Below are positions 20,177 through 30,990 of a DNA stretch of 64,000 nucleotides, piece by piece (positions within the stretch are counted from its first letter, which is position 1; every line of letters begins with the position of its first letter). The stretch is from the NCBI GenBank assembly GCA_965203315.1, contig OZ241857.1, positions 1,632,001 through 1,696,000 on the forward strand, read 5' to 3'. This DNA comes from Nitrosopumilus sp. GTDB taxonomy: Archaea > Thermoproteota > Nitrososphaeria > Nitrososphaerales > Nitrosopumilaceae. The notes beneath the pieces were generated by a model that was given only the letters and a program-made list of their open reading frames with translations, did not search any database and was not told the origin of the DNA. A program made the position numbers and the translations under genes.

Positions 20177-20208
20177 GCTTATATATCAAATTAACACATG
20201 TCTATTCA

Positions 20209-21090
20209 ATGAAAGCACAACTACTAGTACTGACACTTGTCGTAGTGATATCTACAATATCTGTCGCACATGCCGAAGTTCCTTCGTGGATAAAGAGTAC
20301 AGCAGGATGGTGGGCAGATGGTTCTATATCGGATGACGAGTTTCTCAGTGGTATCTCTTACTTGGTGACAAATGGATTCATAGACGTTCCGACTAGTACG
20401 CAGACATCTACATCCGATACAGTTCCTTCATGGATCAAGACTAATGCAGGATGGTGGGCAGATGGTTCTATATCGGATGACGAGTTTCTCAGTGGTATAT
20501 CGTTTCTGATAGGCGCAGGACTCATTACTGTCGGTACTGATACAACTCAAGATATTGAAAGTGGTGATCAAACCGAACTAGAGTTACTTGAATCAGAACT
20601 TGAAGAGTGTGCCAAGATTACTAGAGCTGTTGATCGAATAGACTGTGAAAAGCCTATCAAAGACGAGATCAAACTCTACGAGTACAAACAAGATTCGACA
20701 AAGTTTGTTGTAGGTCCAATAGTCTACTATTGGAAAGGTCTTGGCTCTGACGGAAATAGTTTCGAGATAAGCTCAAGTGGTCAAGCACTATTGAACATTC
20801 GAATGTTGGCAGAGAATACCGCCTCTGAGAATGTAGCACTACACTGCACTAGCCCGTCTATATGCAACTATGATGTATGGGATGGCTCCAAGTCATTCAA
20901 ATACTCTGGGATGGACTTCACTAGCGGCATGATAGTCATCAAGCCAGGCGCTGCAAAAGAGTTTAACATTCTGTTTGGACCAAACATTGGATATGGTGGA
21001 ACTCAGTTCATATATGATCCATCAAAGAACTACCAGTTTCGGATCAATGAGAACTTTGGAAGTGTCAACATTGATCTGCCACTGGAGTAA
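20209..21090 (+). CDS. Secreted protein with two thaumarchaeal VPSWIKxxAGWWADG repeats
   Basis: Signal peptide MKAQLLVLTLVVVISTISVAHA; duplicated domain visible in the DNA. Start moved to ATG 20209. Confidence 0.8.
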   Translation: MKAQLLVLTLVVVISTISVAHAEVPSWIKSTAGWWADGSISDDEFLSGISYLVTNGFIDVPTSTQTSTSDTVPSWIKTNAGWWADGSISDDEFLSGISFLIGAGLITVGTDTTQDIESGDQTELELLESELEECAKITRAVDRIDCEKPIKDEIKLYEYKQDSTKFVVGPIVYYWKGLGSDGNSFEISSSGQALLNIRMLAENTASENVALHCTSPSICNYDVWDGSKSFKYSGMDFTSGMIVIKPGAAKEFNILFGPNIGYGGTQFIYDPSKNYQFRINENFGSVNIDLPLE

Positions 21091-21104
21091 TTTTTTTTCT
21101 TAAC

Positions 21105-22505
21105 TTATTCCATTCTTATCTCTTCTCGTTTTATCCATATGGTTCTATCATCCTGATCCATTATCTCCACTCCCATGTTAATGACTCTCTGTCGTATCTC
21201 ATCTGCCGCATCAAATTTGGCCGATTTCCTTAAATCTCTGCGTCTTGAAATCAATGCATTGATCTCGTTCTTCTGCTCTGTAGTTACTGTGGACAGTCTT
21301 AGTCCCAATATGTCGATCATCTCTTGAAACTTTGACATTGTAGATTTGATACTCTCTTTTAACACGCCTTTTGCATCGAGACGGTTTATCTCTCTGATCA
21401 TATCGAACAGTGACGAGATCGCAAGATGCGTATTTAGATCTGACTCTAACGCCGCATAAAACTCTAGATGCAACTCTGTAATCTTGTTGTCATATGTACC
21501 ATGTGTACTGTGGCCTATGTCGTCTGTTGTATCTTGTACATGAATCATGGTATAGTAACATGTCTCGATCTGTCTCCACTTTGTGAGGCTCTCTCTGAGT
21601 AATTCTGGTGTATAATCGATCGGTTTTGAATAATGTCCTGATAGACAGAACAGTCGTATTATGTTTGGACCCCAATCTATCATGGCTTGACTGATCGATC
21701 TGATATTTCCAAGTGACTTTGACATCTTTGTACCCTGTATGGTTACCATCCCTACATGTAGCCAAATCTTTGCCATTGGGGTACTAGTGCATGACTCTGA
21801 TTGGGCGATCTCGTTCTCATGATGTGGGAATATCAGATCCCTTCCTCCTCCATGTATGTCAAAACTATCCCCCAAGTACTTGGCACTCATAGCAGAACAT
21901 TCGATATGCCAACCTGGTCTTCCCTTGCCCCAAGGACTATTCCAAGAAGGTTCTGTATCAGTAAACTTCCATACGGCAAAGTCTAGTGGATCTGACTTTT
22001 TCTCATCTATCTGAATTCTTGCACCTGCCTTTAGCTCATCGATCTTCTTCTTTGATAGTTTACCATATTCGGCAAATTTGGCAACTGCAAAATAGATTCC
22101 ATTATCTGTTACATATGCTGTATTGTTCTGTATCAGAGCTCCAACTAGACGTATGATATCTGCAATATGTTCAGTTGCTTTTGGGTACGATGTCGCACGC
22201 AATATGTTCAGCTTGTCTGCATCTACAAAGTATTGATCGATATATCTAGTACTGATCTCTTTGGCACTCATTCCTTCAGTATCTGCTCGTGATATTATCT
22301 TGTCATCTACATCGGTAAAGTTTTGAATCATCACTACTTTGACCCCCTTTGACTCTAGATATCGTCGCAATACATCAAAGACTATGATAGTTCTTGCATG
22401 ACCAATATGTGACTCGTCATATACGGTAACACCACATAGATAGATCTTGACCGTCTCTTGTTCTAAAATTATCTGTGTATCCGATAATGTGTCATGTAGT
22501 TTCAT
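21105..22505 (-). CDS. cysS: Cysteinyl-tRNA synthetase
   Basis: [26 protein letters not shown]. Confidence 0.97.
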   Translation of the reverse strand: MKLHDTLSDTQIILEQETVKIYLCGVTVYDESHIGHARTIIVFDVLRRYLESKGVKVVMIQNFTDVDDKIISRADTEGMSAKEISTRYIDQYFVDADKLNILRATSYPKATEHIADIIRLVGALIQNNTAYVTDNGIYFAVAKFAEYGKLSKKKIDELKAGARIQIDEKKSDPLDFAVWKFTDTEPSWNSPWGKGRPGWHIECSAMSAKYLGDSFDIHGGGRDLIFPHHENEIAQSESCTSTPMAKIWLHVGMVTIQGTKMSKSLGNIRSISQAMIDWGPNIIRLFCLSGHYSKPIDYTPELLRESLTKWRQIETCYYTMIHVQDTTDDIGHSTHGTYDNKITELHLEFYAALESDLNTHLAISSLFDMIREINRLDAKGVLKESIKSTMSKFQEMIDILGLRLSTVTTEQKNEINALISRRRDLRKSAKFDAADEIRQRVINMGVEIMDQDDRTIWIKREEIRME

Positions 22506-23290
22506 TTGTGATCCCTTGGGTCTTGCGGTATGATTCGTTTGTGATGTGTGTTCTTGTTTAGTGATATGATCTGCTGTATCGTACTAGAATCTATCTGTGT
22601 TGTTTTTGCAATCTCTGATACATCCATACCTTTTTCCATGCAATATATGATCGAGTCGATCTCTTCATACGTTGCACCAATCTCATCTTGAGCGTCATGA
22701 TCGGACCATAGATGTGGGCTACTCTTCTTTGAGATGATCTCTGTCGGTACTCCTAGATACTTTGCAATCTCTCTTATCTGAAGTTTATACATCGACGAGA
22801 TTGGTACAATGTCTGCTGCTCCATCACCAAACTTTGTAAAGTATCCCAACATGTATTCACTCTTGTCGCTAGTTCCCAAAACTAGATATCCTTTTACATT
22901 TGCATAATAGTATAGAATATTTGCTCGCACCCGTGCCCTTAGATTTCCTTTGGCTCGTTTGTTTGGCTCTATGTACATAGAATATTCATTTACTATTGGT
23001 TTGATATCGATTAACTTGTATGCTATGCCTGTCAACGCAACTACTTTGAGCGCGTCTCTTGTCTCTTGTTCTGGAGTGATATCGGTATCTGGCATTACTA
23101 TGCCTAACGCCTTGTTTCCAAGTTCTTTACATAGATATGCAACAACAGACGAGTCTATTCCACCACTGAGTCCAAAGATCACACCTTGAGAGTCTTGATG
23201 TGCCATCTCTTTTATGATGCCGTCTCTAATCTCTGATACGATCTGTTTATAGTCTTGATTCTTTATGTTGTCGATTATAGTTTGATTCAA
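22502..23290 (-). CDS. nadE: NH3-dependent NAD+ synthetase
   Basis: GLSGGIDS, GNLRARVR, GYFTKFGDG. Start probably TTG 23290 rather than the longer ORF start. Confidence 0.92.
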   Translation of the reverse strand: MNQTIIDNIKNQDYKQIVSEIRDGIIKEMAHQDSQGVIFGLSGGIDSSVVAYLCKELGNKALGIVMPDTDITPEQETRDALKVVALTGIAYKLIDIKPIVNEYSMYIEPNKRAKGNLRARVRANILYYYANVKGYLVLGTSDKSEYMLGYFTKFGDGAADIVPISSMYKLQIREIAKYLGVPTEIISKKSSPHLWSDHDAQDEIGATYEEIDSIIYCMEKGMDVSEIAKTTQIDSSTIQQIISLNKNTHHKRIIPQDPRDHK

Positions 23291-23525
23291 CTGTTGGTAT
23301 GAATCTGCTTGGGAATTAAAAAGTTGTACTGCATCATGTACATCGTACTGTACATCGTCTGTACATTGTATAATGTACATCGTATATTCACGTGTATAGA
23401 GGGGGACACTATTGATACAAAAAACAAGATAACGTCGATCATTACTATGGAAACCTAATATCATGCTCGTATAATGTCGTATGTGTCAAGTTGTATGTCT
23501 TGTACTATGAATCATGTACGATAAA

Positions 23526-23828
23526 TCAAATGTCCACATAGATCCCATCGTCTCTTGTCTCTATTGGATATGTTGTCAGTTTGACATCTTTGAGATAATC
23601 GACCAACTCGCCGGTTTTAATGTTATAGTGCCAAAAGTGTAATGGACACTCTACTATGTTGCCGTCTAGTTTTCCAGGCGCAATTGAACCATCTTGATGA
23701 ACACAGAGATCGTCTAGTGCGTGATATCCATCTTGATTGAATATGGCGATCTGTTTGTCATCGATCTTGAAAGATTTACCTTTTCCTGATGCAATATCGC
23801 CCTTTTCGGCAACCTTTTTCCATGCCAT
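23526..23828 (-). CDS. Rieske [2Fe-2S] ferredoxin
   Basis: CVH...CPLH Rieske motifs, 100 aa. Confidence 0.92.
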   Translation of the reverse strand: MAWKKVAEKGDIASGKGKSFKIDDKQIAIFNQDGYHALDDLCVHQDGSIAPGKLDGNIVECPLHFWHYNIKTGELVDYLKDVKLTTYPIETRDDGIYVDI

Positions 23829-24114
23829 ATTTGTATCAACATTAGTTGCTGTTTATTTAGATTCGTAATGATCTATAACAAGATGTTACGTTGTTTTTGA
23901 TACTCAGACAAGAACTGGATATCTGATTGTGGCATTTGTAAAACAGTTCACCCAATCATTTGATGTGCTCACCTTCAGACTCCTCGTCAATACATGTTCT
24001 TTCTTTTGTGGGTTGCCTTTTGATAAATACGACTGATAGTCTTTTATGACCGTCCTTTAGAGACATGTGTGTCCTATCATAGTTGTACTGTTTCATGACC
24101 AGAACAATTGGATC

Positions 24115-24224
24115 GAATCTCTTCGATTTATGCGAGGTAGATTTTTACAAGACTTTTTCTTAACATGTTAAAGTTGTATGTTGTTTTCTGTCAAAATTCC
24201 ATTTCGCATAAATTGAAGGGATCC
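24115..24224. mobile_element. Copy of the ~115-bp MITE family
   Basis: Left GAATCTCTTCGATTTATGCGAG; right reverse complement GGATCCCTTCAATTTATGCGAA. Confidence 0.65.
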
Positions 24225-24489
24225 TATATGTCAAATACGGTCAGAATACTTGTCAAGGAACGGCTCTGTTCGATGAATATTTTGATAATAATGATGGTTT
24301 AAAGATGATTTGCATAAAAATACAAGACAGATGCGCGGCGTGGAATTAGTTTATAGTCGCAACTCAAAATTACTGTATCTAAATATCGTTTTTTATTACA
24401 AAATGGACACGATTCTGACAATTAGATTACAGAATTGATATTCGACGAAAAAAACTAACAGTTTGCAAGTGTGTGTTTTTAATTATTCA

Positions 24490-24755
24490 TAGATTATGTG
24501 TAGCAACTCTAAAGAATAATTCTTGAACCATGTTGTCCCATGGTATTGATTTTAGTCCTTCACCAAACACACGCTTCATTGTAGAAAATACACCTTTCAC
24601 TGAAGAGCGATCACCATAACTCTGTTTTCTCCACAACACACTTGATTTTTTAATCTATCCTTTTCTGTGATCTTTACATCTTTGCACTTTGAACCAAAAG
24701 TTAATTGAATTTGGGCCGCTTCACTTCTAACCTTTTGAAGATTTGTTTTAGCGTT
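24490..24755 (-). pseudogene. IS5-family transposase C-terminal remnant
   Basis: Hand translation WRKQSYGDRSSVKGVFSTMKRVFGEGLKSIPWDNMVQELFFRVATHNL resembles the IS5 Y-x2-R-x3-E-x6-K C-terminal region, with E degenerated. Truncated at the MITE starting at 24760. Confidence 0.65.
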
Positions 24756-24759
24756 ATAC

Positions 24760-24968
24760 ACCAAAGTGCAAAAGTATTTTCCAACACGACAACAAAAGAA
24801 CACACATGTACTTTTTATGGGCGTGCCCATCTTGTAATGACGACAGCGTATATGCTATTTCCATAGGCAAAATCGTTCAAGTGGTGTTTTTGATTTTCGT
24901 AAAGATGTATTTATAATTACACACATGCTATTCTACGATCTACATGGAAAATACTTTTGCACTTTGGT
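24760..24968. mobile_element. MITE with perfect 24-bp TIRs
   Basis: ACCAAAGTGCAAAAGTATTTTCCA at 24760-24783 and its exact reverse complement at 24945-24968. Confidence 0.85.
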
Positions 24969-25044
24969 ATGTGGGATTTTCCTCATCTCCCGATAACTTC
25001 ACAAAACCCATCTACAATATATAGTTTAATCGACTACAAATTGT

Positions 25045-25482
25045 ATGTGTGGACATGAAGAAAAAAACAGTCCAATGTATGAAGAAATAAAAGTTAGAGG
25101 AATATCGAAGTCGTCTATCGGCACCATCAAAGAATCGAATGACATTGTAACAACTATAAGTATTCGCAAGGACTCTCTAAAAATATGGGACAAATATAAG
25201 AACGATCCTGAAGAAACATACGAGGATATGTTTAAACGCATATTTGATACTATTGATTACTTTGTTAGAACTATTACCGCATCAGATGTGGAGTTCTTAC
25301 ATAAGCGGCCTCTTACACACAATCGTTTTACGGAACCACAAGTAGATCTAATTCGTCGCATATTTGATATGATAACCGACATCACAGAGCCAGCAACTCC
25401 AGAAGAGATTGTCGCCGTTAGAGAATTTCAAATTGACAATGGAAGACTATATACCGATAACGAAATTTTGACAATAAATTAA
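25045..25482 (+). CDS. Hypothetical protein, putative antitoxin
   Basis: TTISIRKDS...EETYEDMFKRI resembles an RHH-like segment. Ends 5 bp upstream of the RelE-like gene. Confidence 0.55.
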   Translation: MCGHEEKNSPMYEEIKVRGISKSSIGTIKESNDIVTTISIRKDSLKIWDKYKNDPEETYEDMFKRIFDTIDYFVRTITASDVEFLHKRPLTHNRFTEPQVDLIRRIFDMITDITEPATPEEIVAVREFQIDNGRLYTDNEILTIN

Positions 25483-25487
25483 AAATA

Positions 25488-25751
25488 ATGTGGAAAGTAC
25501 ATAAAGAAAATGCATTTGAATCACAAGTTAAAAGATTAGACCCACAAATCCAAGAACGCGTAAACGATGCAATAAATGAACTACGTGATTCGGTATTACC
25601 AGCACGACTAGGAGAATACAAACGCAGTATGAGAGATTATACATATGAGATTGAAAGAAAGTATAGACTAGTGTATAATTTTGAGTATATTGAAAAGACA
25701 ATAATTGTATATCGCGTATGCGATCACAAATCGGTCTACATTAGAGATTAA
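25488..25751 (+). CDS. RelE/ParE-family toxin
   Basis: 87 aa; FESQVKRLD...KYRLVY...IIVYRVCDHKSVY. Confidence 0.75.
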   Translation: MWKVHKENAFESQVKRLDPQIQERVNDAINELRDSVLPARLGEYKRSMRDYTYEIERKYRLVYNFEYIEKTIIVYRVCDHKSVYIRD

Positions 25752-25908
25752 ACTTTGGTTTTTTAACTTATCGTGGAGTATTTGGCATTTGGGAGAGTTC
25801 GTGGAATTATACTCATAGTAAAATTATCATGATAAAAAATTAAAAGATTACATGATTTATGCTCCAAATATCGAAAATTTACATAATTCAAGGTGAATTA
25901 TTTAATAT

Positions 25909-26511
25909 GGCGATTATAAACCTACAGCCCCTAACATGGTTTGTAGAAGTAAATCAAACAAATCACGATCTTGGATATTGTATCGTCAATCCACCTCTTT
26001 AAGATACAGTAGGAATTTCTTTGAACTCACACCACGATACTTTGCCAAGTTCAATTTAACAAAGCCCCAACACCCTTCCATTCTGTTGATATGCACTCGC
26101 ATTTTAGAAAAAGAACTGGCGATTAGGTATCCATTGTCCCCAAATACCCTTGAACTACGTACAAATTTAATGTCCGAAATCAGTCAGAAAATGAAAGGAT
26201 ACATCAGAAATTGATTGAAAATTAATGGATTCTATCTCAATATGTCCGAATTTCGTATCTGTTTTGCCATGTTATCGATCAGCAGGTTTGCGGGGCTTGA
26301 TATCTCTAATCTCCAAGAAATTTTTGATGATTAACTGATTCTCGATCATATCCGTGAAAGACCAGAGTGTCATATCCTTTCCATTTGTCTGTGCATTCAT
26401 GCTTGATTATTGCCAATTCATTATTACTCATATCGATAAGAGATTTTAGATTCAATGCCACTTGTCACTCATTGCTCCACATCATTTAGGGGCTGTAGGT
26501 TTATAATCGCC
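25909..26511 (-). mobile_element. Internally deleted IS1595-family element with perfect 26-bp TIRs
   Basis: GGCGATTATAAACCTACAGCCCCTAA at 25909 and its reverse complement ending at 26511; flanking direct repeat TTAATAT. Remnants CTDKWKGYDTLVFHGYDRESVNHQKF and VHINRMEGCWGFVKLNLAKYRGVSSKKFLLYLKEVD*RY. Confidence 0.85.
26118..26314. mobile_element. Nested degenerate MITE inside the IS1595 remnant
   Basis: Interrupts the transposase between VNHQKF and VHIN. Ends GGCGATTAGGTATC and reverse complement GGAGATTAGAGATATC; flanks AAGAACT/AAGAAAT. Confidence 0.5.
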
Positions 26512-26528
26512 TTAATATAATCATACAT

Positions 26529-26764
26529 GTTAGTATCTATTGACACTGAGTTGCTCTAAAGCAATTTCGTAGAAGGTGTTCTAGACCCTTCTACACCCTT
26601 TGTATTAGTCCTGTGATTATGCTTTTTGGCATACAAGTGATTCACTTTACTAACTGCCTCTTGATTGATGGTATTTCATATCCTGATTGCCAAAAAACAT
26701 AATCACAGGACTATATACATGTGATGTACTAAAGATCGCTCTAGATCATAATCATTAACTTTGA
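26529..26764. repeat. Dispersed double-hairpin element, copy 1 (interrupted by a MITE)
   Basis: Matches 40061-40190; hairpins TTGCT-CTAA-AGCAA and GTAGAAGG-x10-CCTTCTAC. Confidence 0.75.
26606..26713. mobile_element. 108-bp MITE with 26-bp TIRs
   Basis: TAGTCCTGTGATTATGCTTTTTGGCA vs right-end reverse complement TAGTCCTGTGATTATGTTTTTTGGCA (25/26). Absent from the homologous site near 40135. Confidence 0.85.
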
Positions 26765-27270
26765 CTTCACTTGATTTTATGAATATTTTTTCACATAATT
26801 TCAACTATACTCGTACAAAATCTGTCCAAGCACTACTTCCATATGACGATAACAGATTCTCGATGCTGATAATATCACCTTATTATGAGGGTCTAAATTT
26901 TGACTATGTGCTAACCACTACAATAGACTGTATGCACATTATTGAGTGCCCATGTCTCATCATCAAACATGACAACAATGAATCGATTTGCTTCTAGAAA
27001 TTACGCCTGTGTTTTATTGTACCTTAAATGTGCGTATGATGTAAGAAACATGCATACAGTCTAATAACAGAGATTGCGATCGCCTTGATTTTATTGGTGC
27101 AATACATGTTTGGGGGGTTCGAAATGAGCAATCGCCTTTCAAATACCCACGATAAGTTAAAAGAACCAAAATTTGTTGGACATAGCCTTTGGTAAGAAAC
27201 AAACAACTTTTTGGCTCTTGTAATACAGACAACATGATAGCATTTTATATTCATGTTGTAGCGATCTGAT

Positions 27271-28512
27271 ATGAGTCGTGTAAAATCTAACGCAAAACTA
27301 GTCGCACAAGGTAAACTCTCATACGAGTGGGCACGCTCTCATATGAAGATTCTAGATAATACTATCTCTAGACTAAAAAAATCAAAGCCACTACATGGTA
27401 TAACGCTAGGATTTTGCCTTCACATCACAAAAGAGACTTGTGTTCTTTTGATGGGAGCAAAAGAACTCGGTGCAACTGTTGCCTGTTGTGGTGGAAATCC
27501 TCTAACTACTCAAGACGATATTGCGGCATTTCTAGTAGAACAAGGTATTCATGTATATGCATGGCATGGTCAATCTGTAAAAGAGTATGATTGGTGTATA
27601 GACCAAGTTTTAAAACACAAGCCACTGATCCTCACCGACGACGGTGCAGATATGAACATTAAAGCTCATTTTGATAAGCGATTTACAAATCAAGAGATTC
27701 TAGGAGCAACTGAAGAGACGACAGCAGGCGTCACTAGAATTCGAGCCGTAGAGAATCAAGGCAAACTTCGTTATCCTGTAATCTTGGTAAATGAGGCATA
27801 CACAAAACACATGTTTGATAATAGATACGGAACAGGTCAAAGTACGATAGATGGTTATCTGCGCGCAATGAATCTACTATTGGCATCCAAACGCGTAGTT
27901 GTAGTTGGATATGGTTGGGTAGGGCGTGGTGTAGCAGCACGCTGTGCTGGAATGGGATCTAGAGTAATCGTAACCGAAGTTGATCCTGTAAAGGCACTTG
28001 AGGCTCATATGGATGGATTTGATGTAATGCCAATGTCTCAAGCAGCTAAACTAGGCGAGATATTTATCACATGTACTGGAATGACTAGCGTCATAAGACG
28101 CGAACATATCTTAAAGATGCAAGACGGTGCTGTCTTGGGAAATGTAGGTCACTTTGACGTTGAAATAGATAGCAAGTTTCTACTAAAAGAGTCCAAGTCG
28201 GTAAGACAAGTACGACCAAATCTAGACGAATGTGTCTTGTCTAATGGTCGTAGGATATATCTGATTGGTCAAGGGCGTCTTGCAAACCTAGTCGCAGCTG
28301 AGGGTCACCCCCCTGAGGTCATGGCACAGTCATTCTCCAACCAAATACTCTCGATACTGTATATCCTCAAAAACCATAAAGAGATGGAAAAGAAGATCAT
28401 TACTGTTCCACCAGAGATCGATAAACAAGTTGCAGTAGATGCGCTACAGGCAATGCATATCAAGATAGATAAACTAACTCCAGAGCAACTCAAGTATGCA
28501 AACAGCTGGTAA
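27271..28512 (+). CDS. ahcY: S-adenosylhomocysteine hydrolase
   Basis: NPLTTQD, DDGAD, EETTAG, KHMFDNRYGTGQS, GHFDVEID, GHPPEVM. Confidence 0.97.
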   Translation: MSRVKSNAKLVAQGKLSYEWARSHMKILDNTISRLKKSKPLHGITLGFCLHITKETCVLLMGAKELGATVACCGGNPLTTQDDIAAFLVEQGIHVYAWHGQSVKEYDWCIDQVLKHKPLILTDDGADMNIKAHFDKRFTNQEILGATEETTAGVTRIRAVENQGKLRYPVILVNEAYTKHMFDNRYGTGQSTIDGYLRAMNLLLASKRVVVVGYGWVGRGVAARCAGMGSRVIVTEVDPVKALEAHMDGFDVMPMSQAAKLGEIFITCTGMTSVIRREHILKMQDGAVLGNVGHFDVEIDSKFLLKESKSVRQVRPNLDECVLSNGRRIYLIGQGRLANLVAAEGHPPEVMAQSFSNQILSILYILKNHKEMEKKIITVPPEIDKQVAVDALQAMHIKIDKLTPEQLKYANSW

Positions 28513-28542
28513 GATTATAACATATGAAGAGTCATCAGTATT

Positions 28543-30195
28543 ATGACCAAGAGAGCAATAATTACTAGTGCGCTACCATACGCCAATGGTGAGATTCATC
28601 TAGGTCACATAGCATCAACATATCTTCCTGCTGATGTAACATGCAGATTCTTAAAACTAGACGGAGTCGAGTCTTACTATATCTGTGCATCTGATGACTT
28701 TGGAACTCCAATACTAATCCAATCTGAACGAGAAGGTAAGACTCCCAAAGAGTATGTTGAATATTGGAACAAGCGAGACTGTGAAGACTTTGCAGCACTT
28801 GGAATAAAGTTTGACTACTTTTACAAGACCAGCTCGCCTGAAAATATCGAGTTTGTCCAAAAAGTATTCAAAAAGTTAGACGCCGCTGATCATATCTACG
28901 AGAAAGAGATAATCCAGTTTTACTGCGCATATGATAAAAAGTTCTTGCCAGATAGGTACGTGAGTGGTTCATGTCCTTACTGCCAAGCTACCGATCAATA
29001 CTCTGATCTGTGTGAGAGCTGTGGACGAGTTCCTGAAGAGATTATTGATCCACGTTGTACATTGTGTGGTAGACCACCAACAAAAGAGAAGACTGTACAT
29101 TATTTCTTTAGATTGACAAATTTTGCGGACAAACTATCTGATTGGCTTGATCAAAACAAGAATCTACAAAAAGACGTAAAAAAGTATGTACAAAACTGGA
29201 TCAGCTCTGGTCTGATCGATTGGGACATCACTCGTGATATATCTTGGGGGGTACCGGTCCCTGTCGATGGCGTAGCGAATAAAGTATTCTATGGGTGGTT
29301 TGATAATCATCTCGCGTACATATCAACTGCACTCAAGTTTCTAAATGATAATGGTATCGACGGCAAAGAGTTTTGGAACTCTGCTGATATCTATCACTTT
29401 ATTGGTAAGGATATTGTTTATCATCACTATCTGTTCTTACCTGCAATGCGACTTGGTATCGATAGTGAATTCAAACTACCTGACTATATTCCAACTCGTG
29501 GTCATCTGACGCTACAATCTAAAAAGATCTCTAAAAGCAGAGACTGGTATATTGGGCTGCGCGACTTTCTGAAACATTATCCGCCTGACTATCTCCGATA
29601 CTATCTGATCTCGATAAATCCCTACTCGCAAGATGATTTGAACTTTGATTGGGACGACTTTGCAGTTAGGATCAACTCTGAATTGATAGGAAACTTGGGA
29701 AACTTTGTAAATCGAGCATTAGGGTTTACAAAAAAAGTATTCGATGGCATAATTCCCGAGACCACAAAATACGATGATAAAGATCAAGAGATCATCACAC
29801 AGATTAACAGATTAGGAGATGACGTTGGTAACCTGTTACATCAAAATCACATAGATCGTGCATTAAAGAGACTCTTGGAATTTTCATCTACCCTCAATGT
29901 ATACTTTCAACACAAAGAGCCATGGAGACGTGGTGTCGGCACTGAAAATTGTATCTATCTATCGGTTAATGCTGTGTACAGTATCGCTTTGTGTGTATCC
30001 CCATTTCTACCCGAGTCTGCACAAAAGATATGGAACCAACTAGCAATGACTCAACCTATACAAGACTATACGTGGAGAGACATATCGACACTTGCAATCA
30101 AACCAGGACACAAGATAGGTGATCCATCGCCGTTATTTACAAAGATAGAAGTTGCTGACATTGAGAGACATAAGAACGATCTAGGTGTACCGTAG
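28543..30195 (+). CDS. metG: Methionyl-tRNA synthetase
   Basis: ALPYANGEIHLGH, Zn knuckle, DWDITRD, KISKS. Confidence 0.97.
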   Translation: MTKRAIITSALPYANGEIHLGHIASTYLPADVTCRFLKLDGVESYYICASDDFGTPILIQSEREGKTPKEYVEYWNKRDCEDFAALGIKFDYFYKTSSPENIEFVQKVFKKLDAADHIYEKEIIQFYCAYDKKFLPDRYVSGSCPYCQATDQYSDLCESCGRVPEEIIDPRCTLCGRPPTKEKTVHYFFRLTNFADKLSDWLDQNKNLQKDVKKYVQNWISSGLIDWDITRDISWGVPVPVDGVANKVFYGWFDNHLAYISTALKFLNDNGIDGKEFWNSADIYHFIGKDIVYHHYLFLPAMRLGIDSEFKLPDYIPTRGHLTLQSKKISKSRDWYIGLRDFLKHYPPDYLRYYLISINPYSQDDLNFDWDDFAVRINSELIGNLGNFVNRALGFTKKVFDGIIPETTKYDDKDQEIITQINRLGDDVGNLLHQNHIDRALKRLLEFSSTLNVYFQHKEPWRRGVGTENCIYLSVNAVYSIALCVSPFLPESAQKIWNQLAMTQPIQDYTWRDISTLAIKPGHKIGDPSPLFTKIEVADIERHKNDLGVP

Positions 30196-30941
30196 TGCAG
30201 CCGATCCCACGTATATCTACTCGTGGATACTATGATCTACGGTCGGGAAGAACTCTCAAGAGAAACGACTATTATCTATATCCGCGCAATGCATTTGTCA
30301 AACTCTGTGGAGTCAATGAGCTGGTGATAGTGGTTCACGGTCTACGAAACGATCGTGCTGGTGCTGTAGCAAAGGCTACACTCGCAAGACGACGACTACG
30401 TAGACTAGGATATAGATATCCTGTGATAGGCTTTAGTTATGACTCTAACACGACTGGCGCACATCTTGTAAAGCATGCACGTCATGCATTACGTGTAGGC
30501 GAGATGATTGCAAGAAAGAATGGACGCAACCTTGGTAGATTCATCATAGACTATGCGTCAAATAATCCAGATACAAAGATACGTTTGATGGGCCACTCAC
30601 TAGGTTCACTAGTTATTCAAAGTACTATACAATATCTGGCCAAGCATAGTGACACAACCATCGAGAGTGTTCATCTATTTGGCGCATCCATACCTAATGA
30701 CTCGTTTACACGTAACAAAGATGGCCGTCTCGTAGACCGTGTTGTACGGACCAAAGTTATGAACTATTATGCTCCTACAGATGAGGTACTCGAGATGGCA
30801 AGGTCACAACGATACATCGCGATGCCACTAGGACTAGATGGAACTGCTGATAAACCTATAGCAAAGTACAATCAACGAAGACTAGTTCCAGTCAATCATC
30901 GTTTTGCCAGCTATCTACAGGTACTGCGGTCGTTCCCTTGA
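30195..30941 (+). CDS. Alpha/beta hydrolase (DUF900/DUF726-like)
   Basis: VVHG, GHSLG nucleophile motif, DEVL, NH. Confidence 0.75.
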   Translation: MQPIPRISTRGYYDLRSGRTLKRNDYYLYPRNAFVKLCGVNELVIVVHGLRNDRAGAVAKATLARRRLRRLGYRYPVIGFSYDSNTTGAHLVKHARHALRVGEMIARKNGRNLGRFIIDYASNNPDTKIRLMGHSLGSLVIQSTIQYLAKHSDTTIESVHLFGASIPNDSFTRNKDGRLVDRVVRTKVMNYYAPTDEVLEMARSQRYIAMPLGLDGTADKPIAKYNQRRLVPVNHRFASYLQVLRSFP

Positions 30942-30990
30942 GATACTGGTACATCGAAACTTGAATAAGACCTCAGTATGTGTATATCTT

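Noticed and set aside
21880-22270. TTGGCACTC matches inside cysS as operator sites
   Set aside because: Isolated 8/9 matches within coding sequence, with no partner half-site or promoter context.
24266-24457. Additional MITE beginning GGCTCTGTTCGATGAATAT
   Set aside because: The putative right end matches only about 10 of 12 internal bases; too weak to call.
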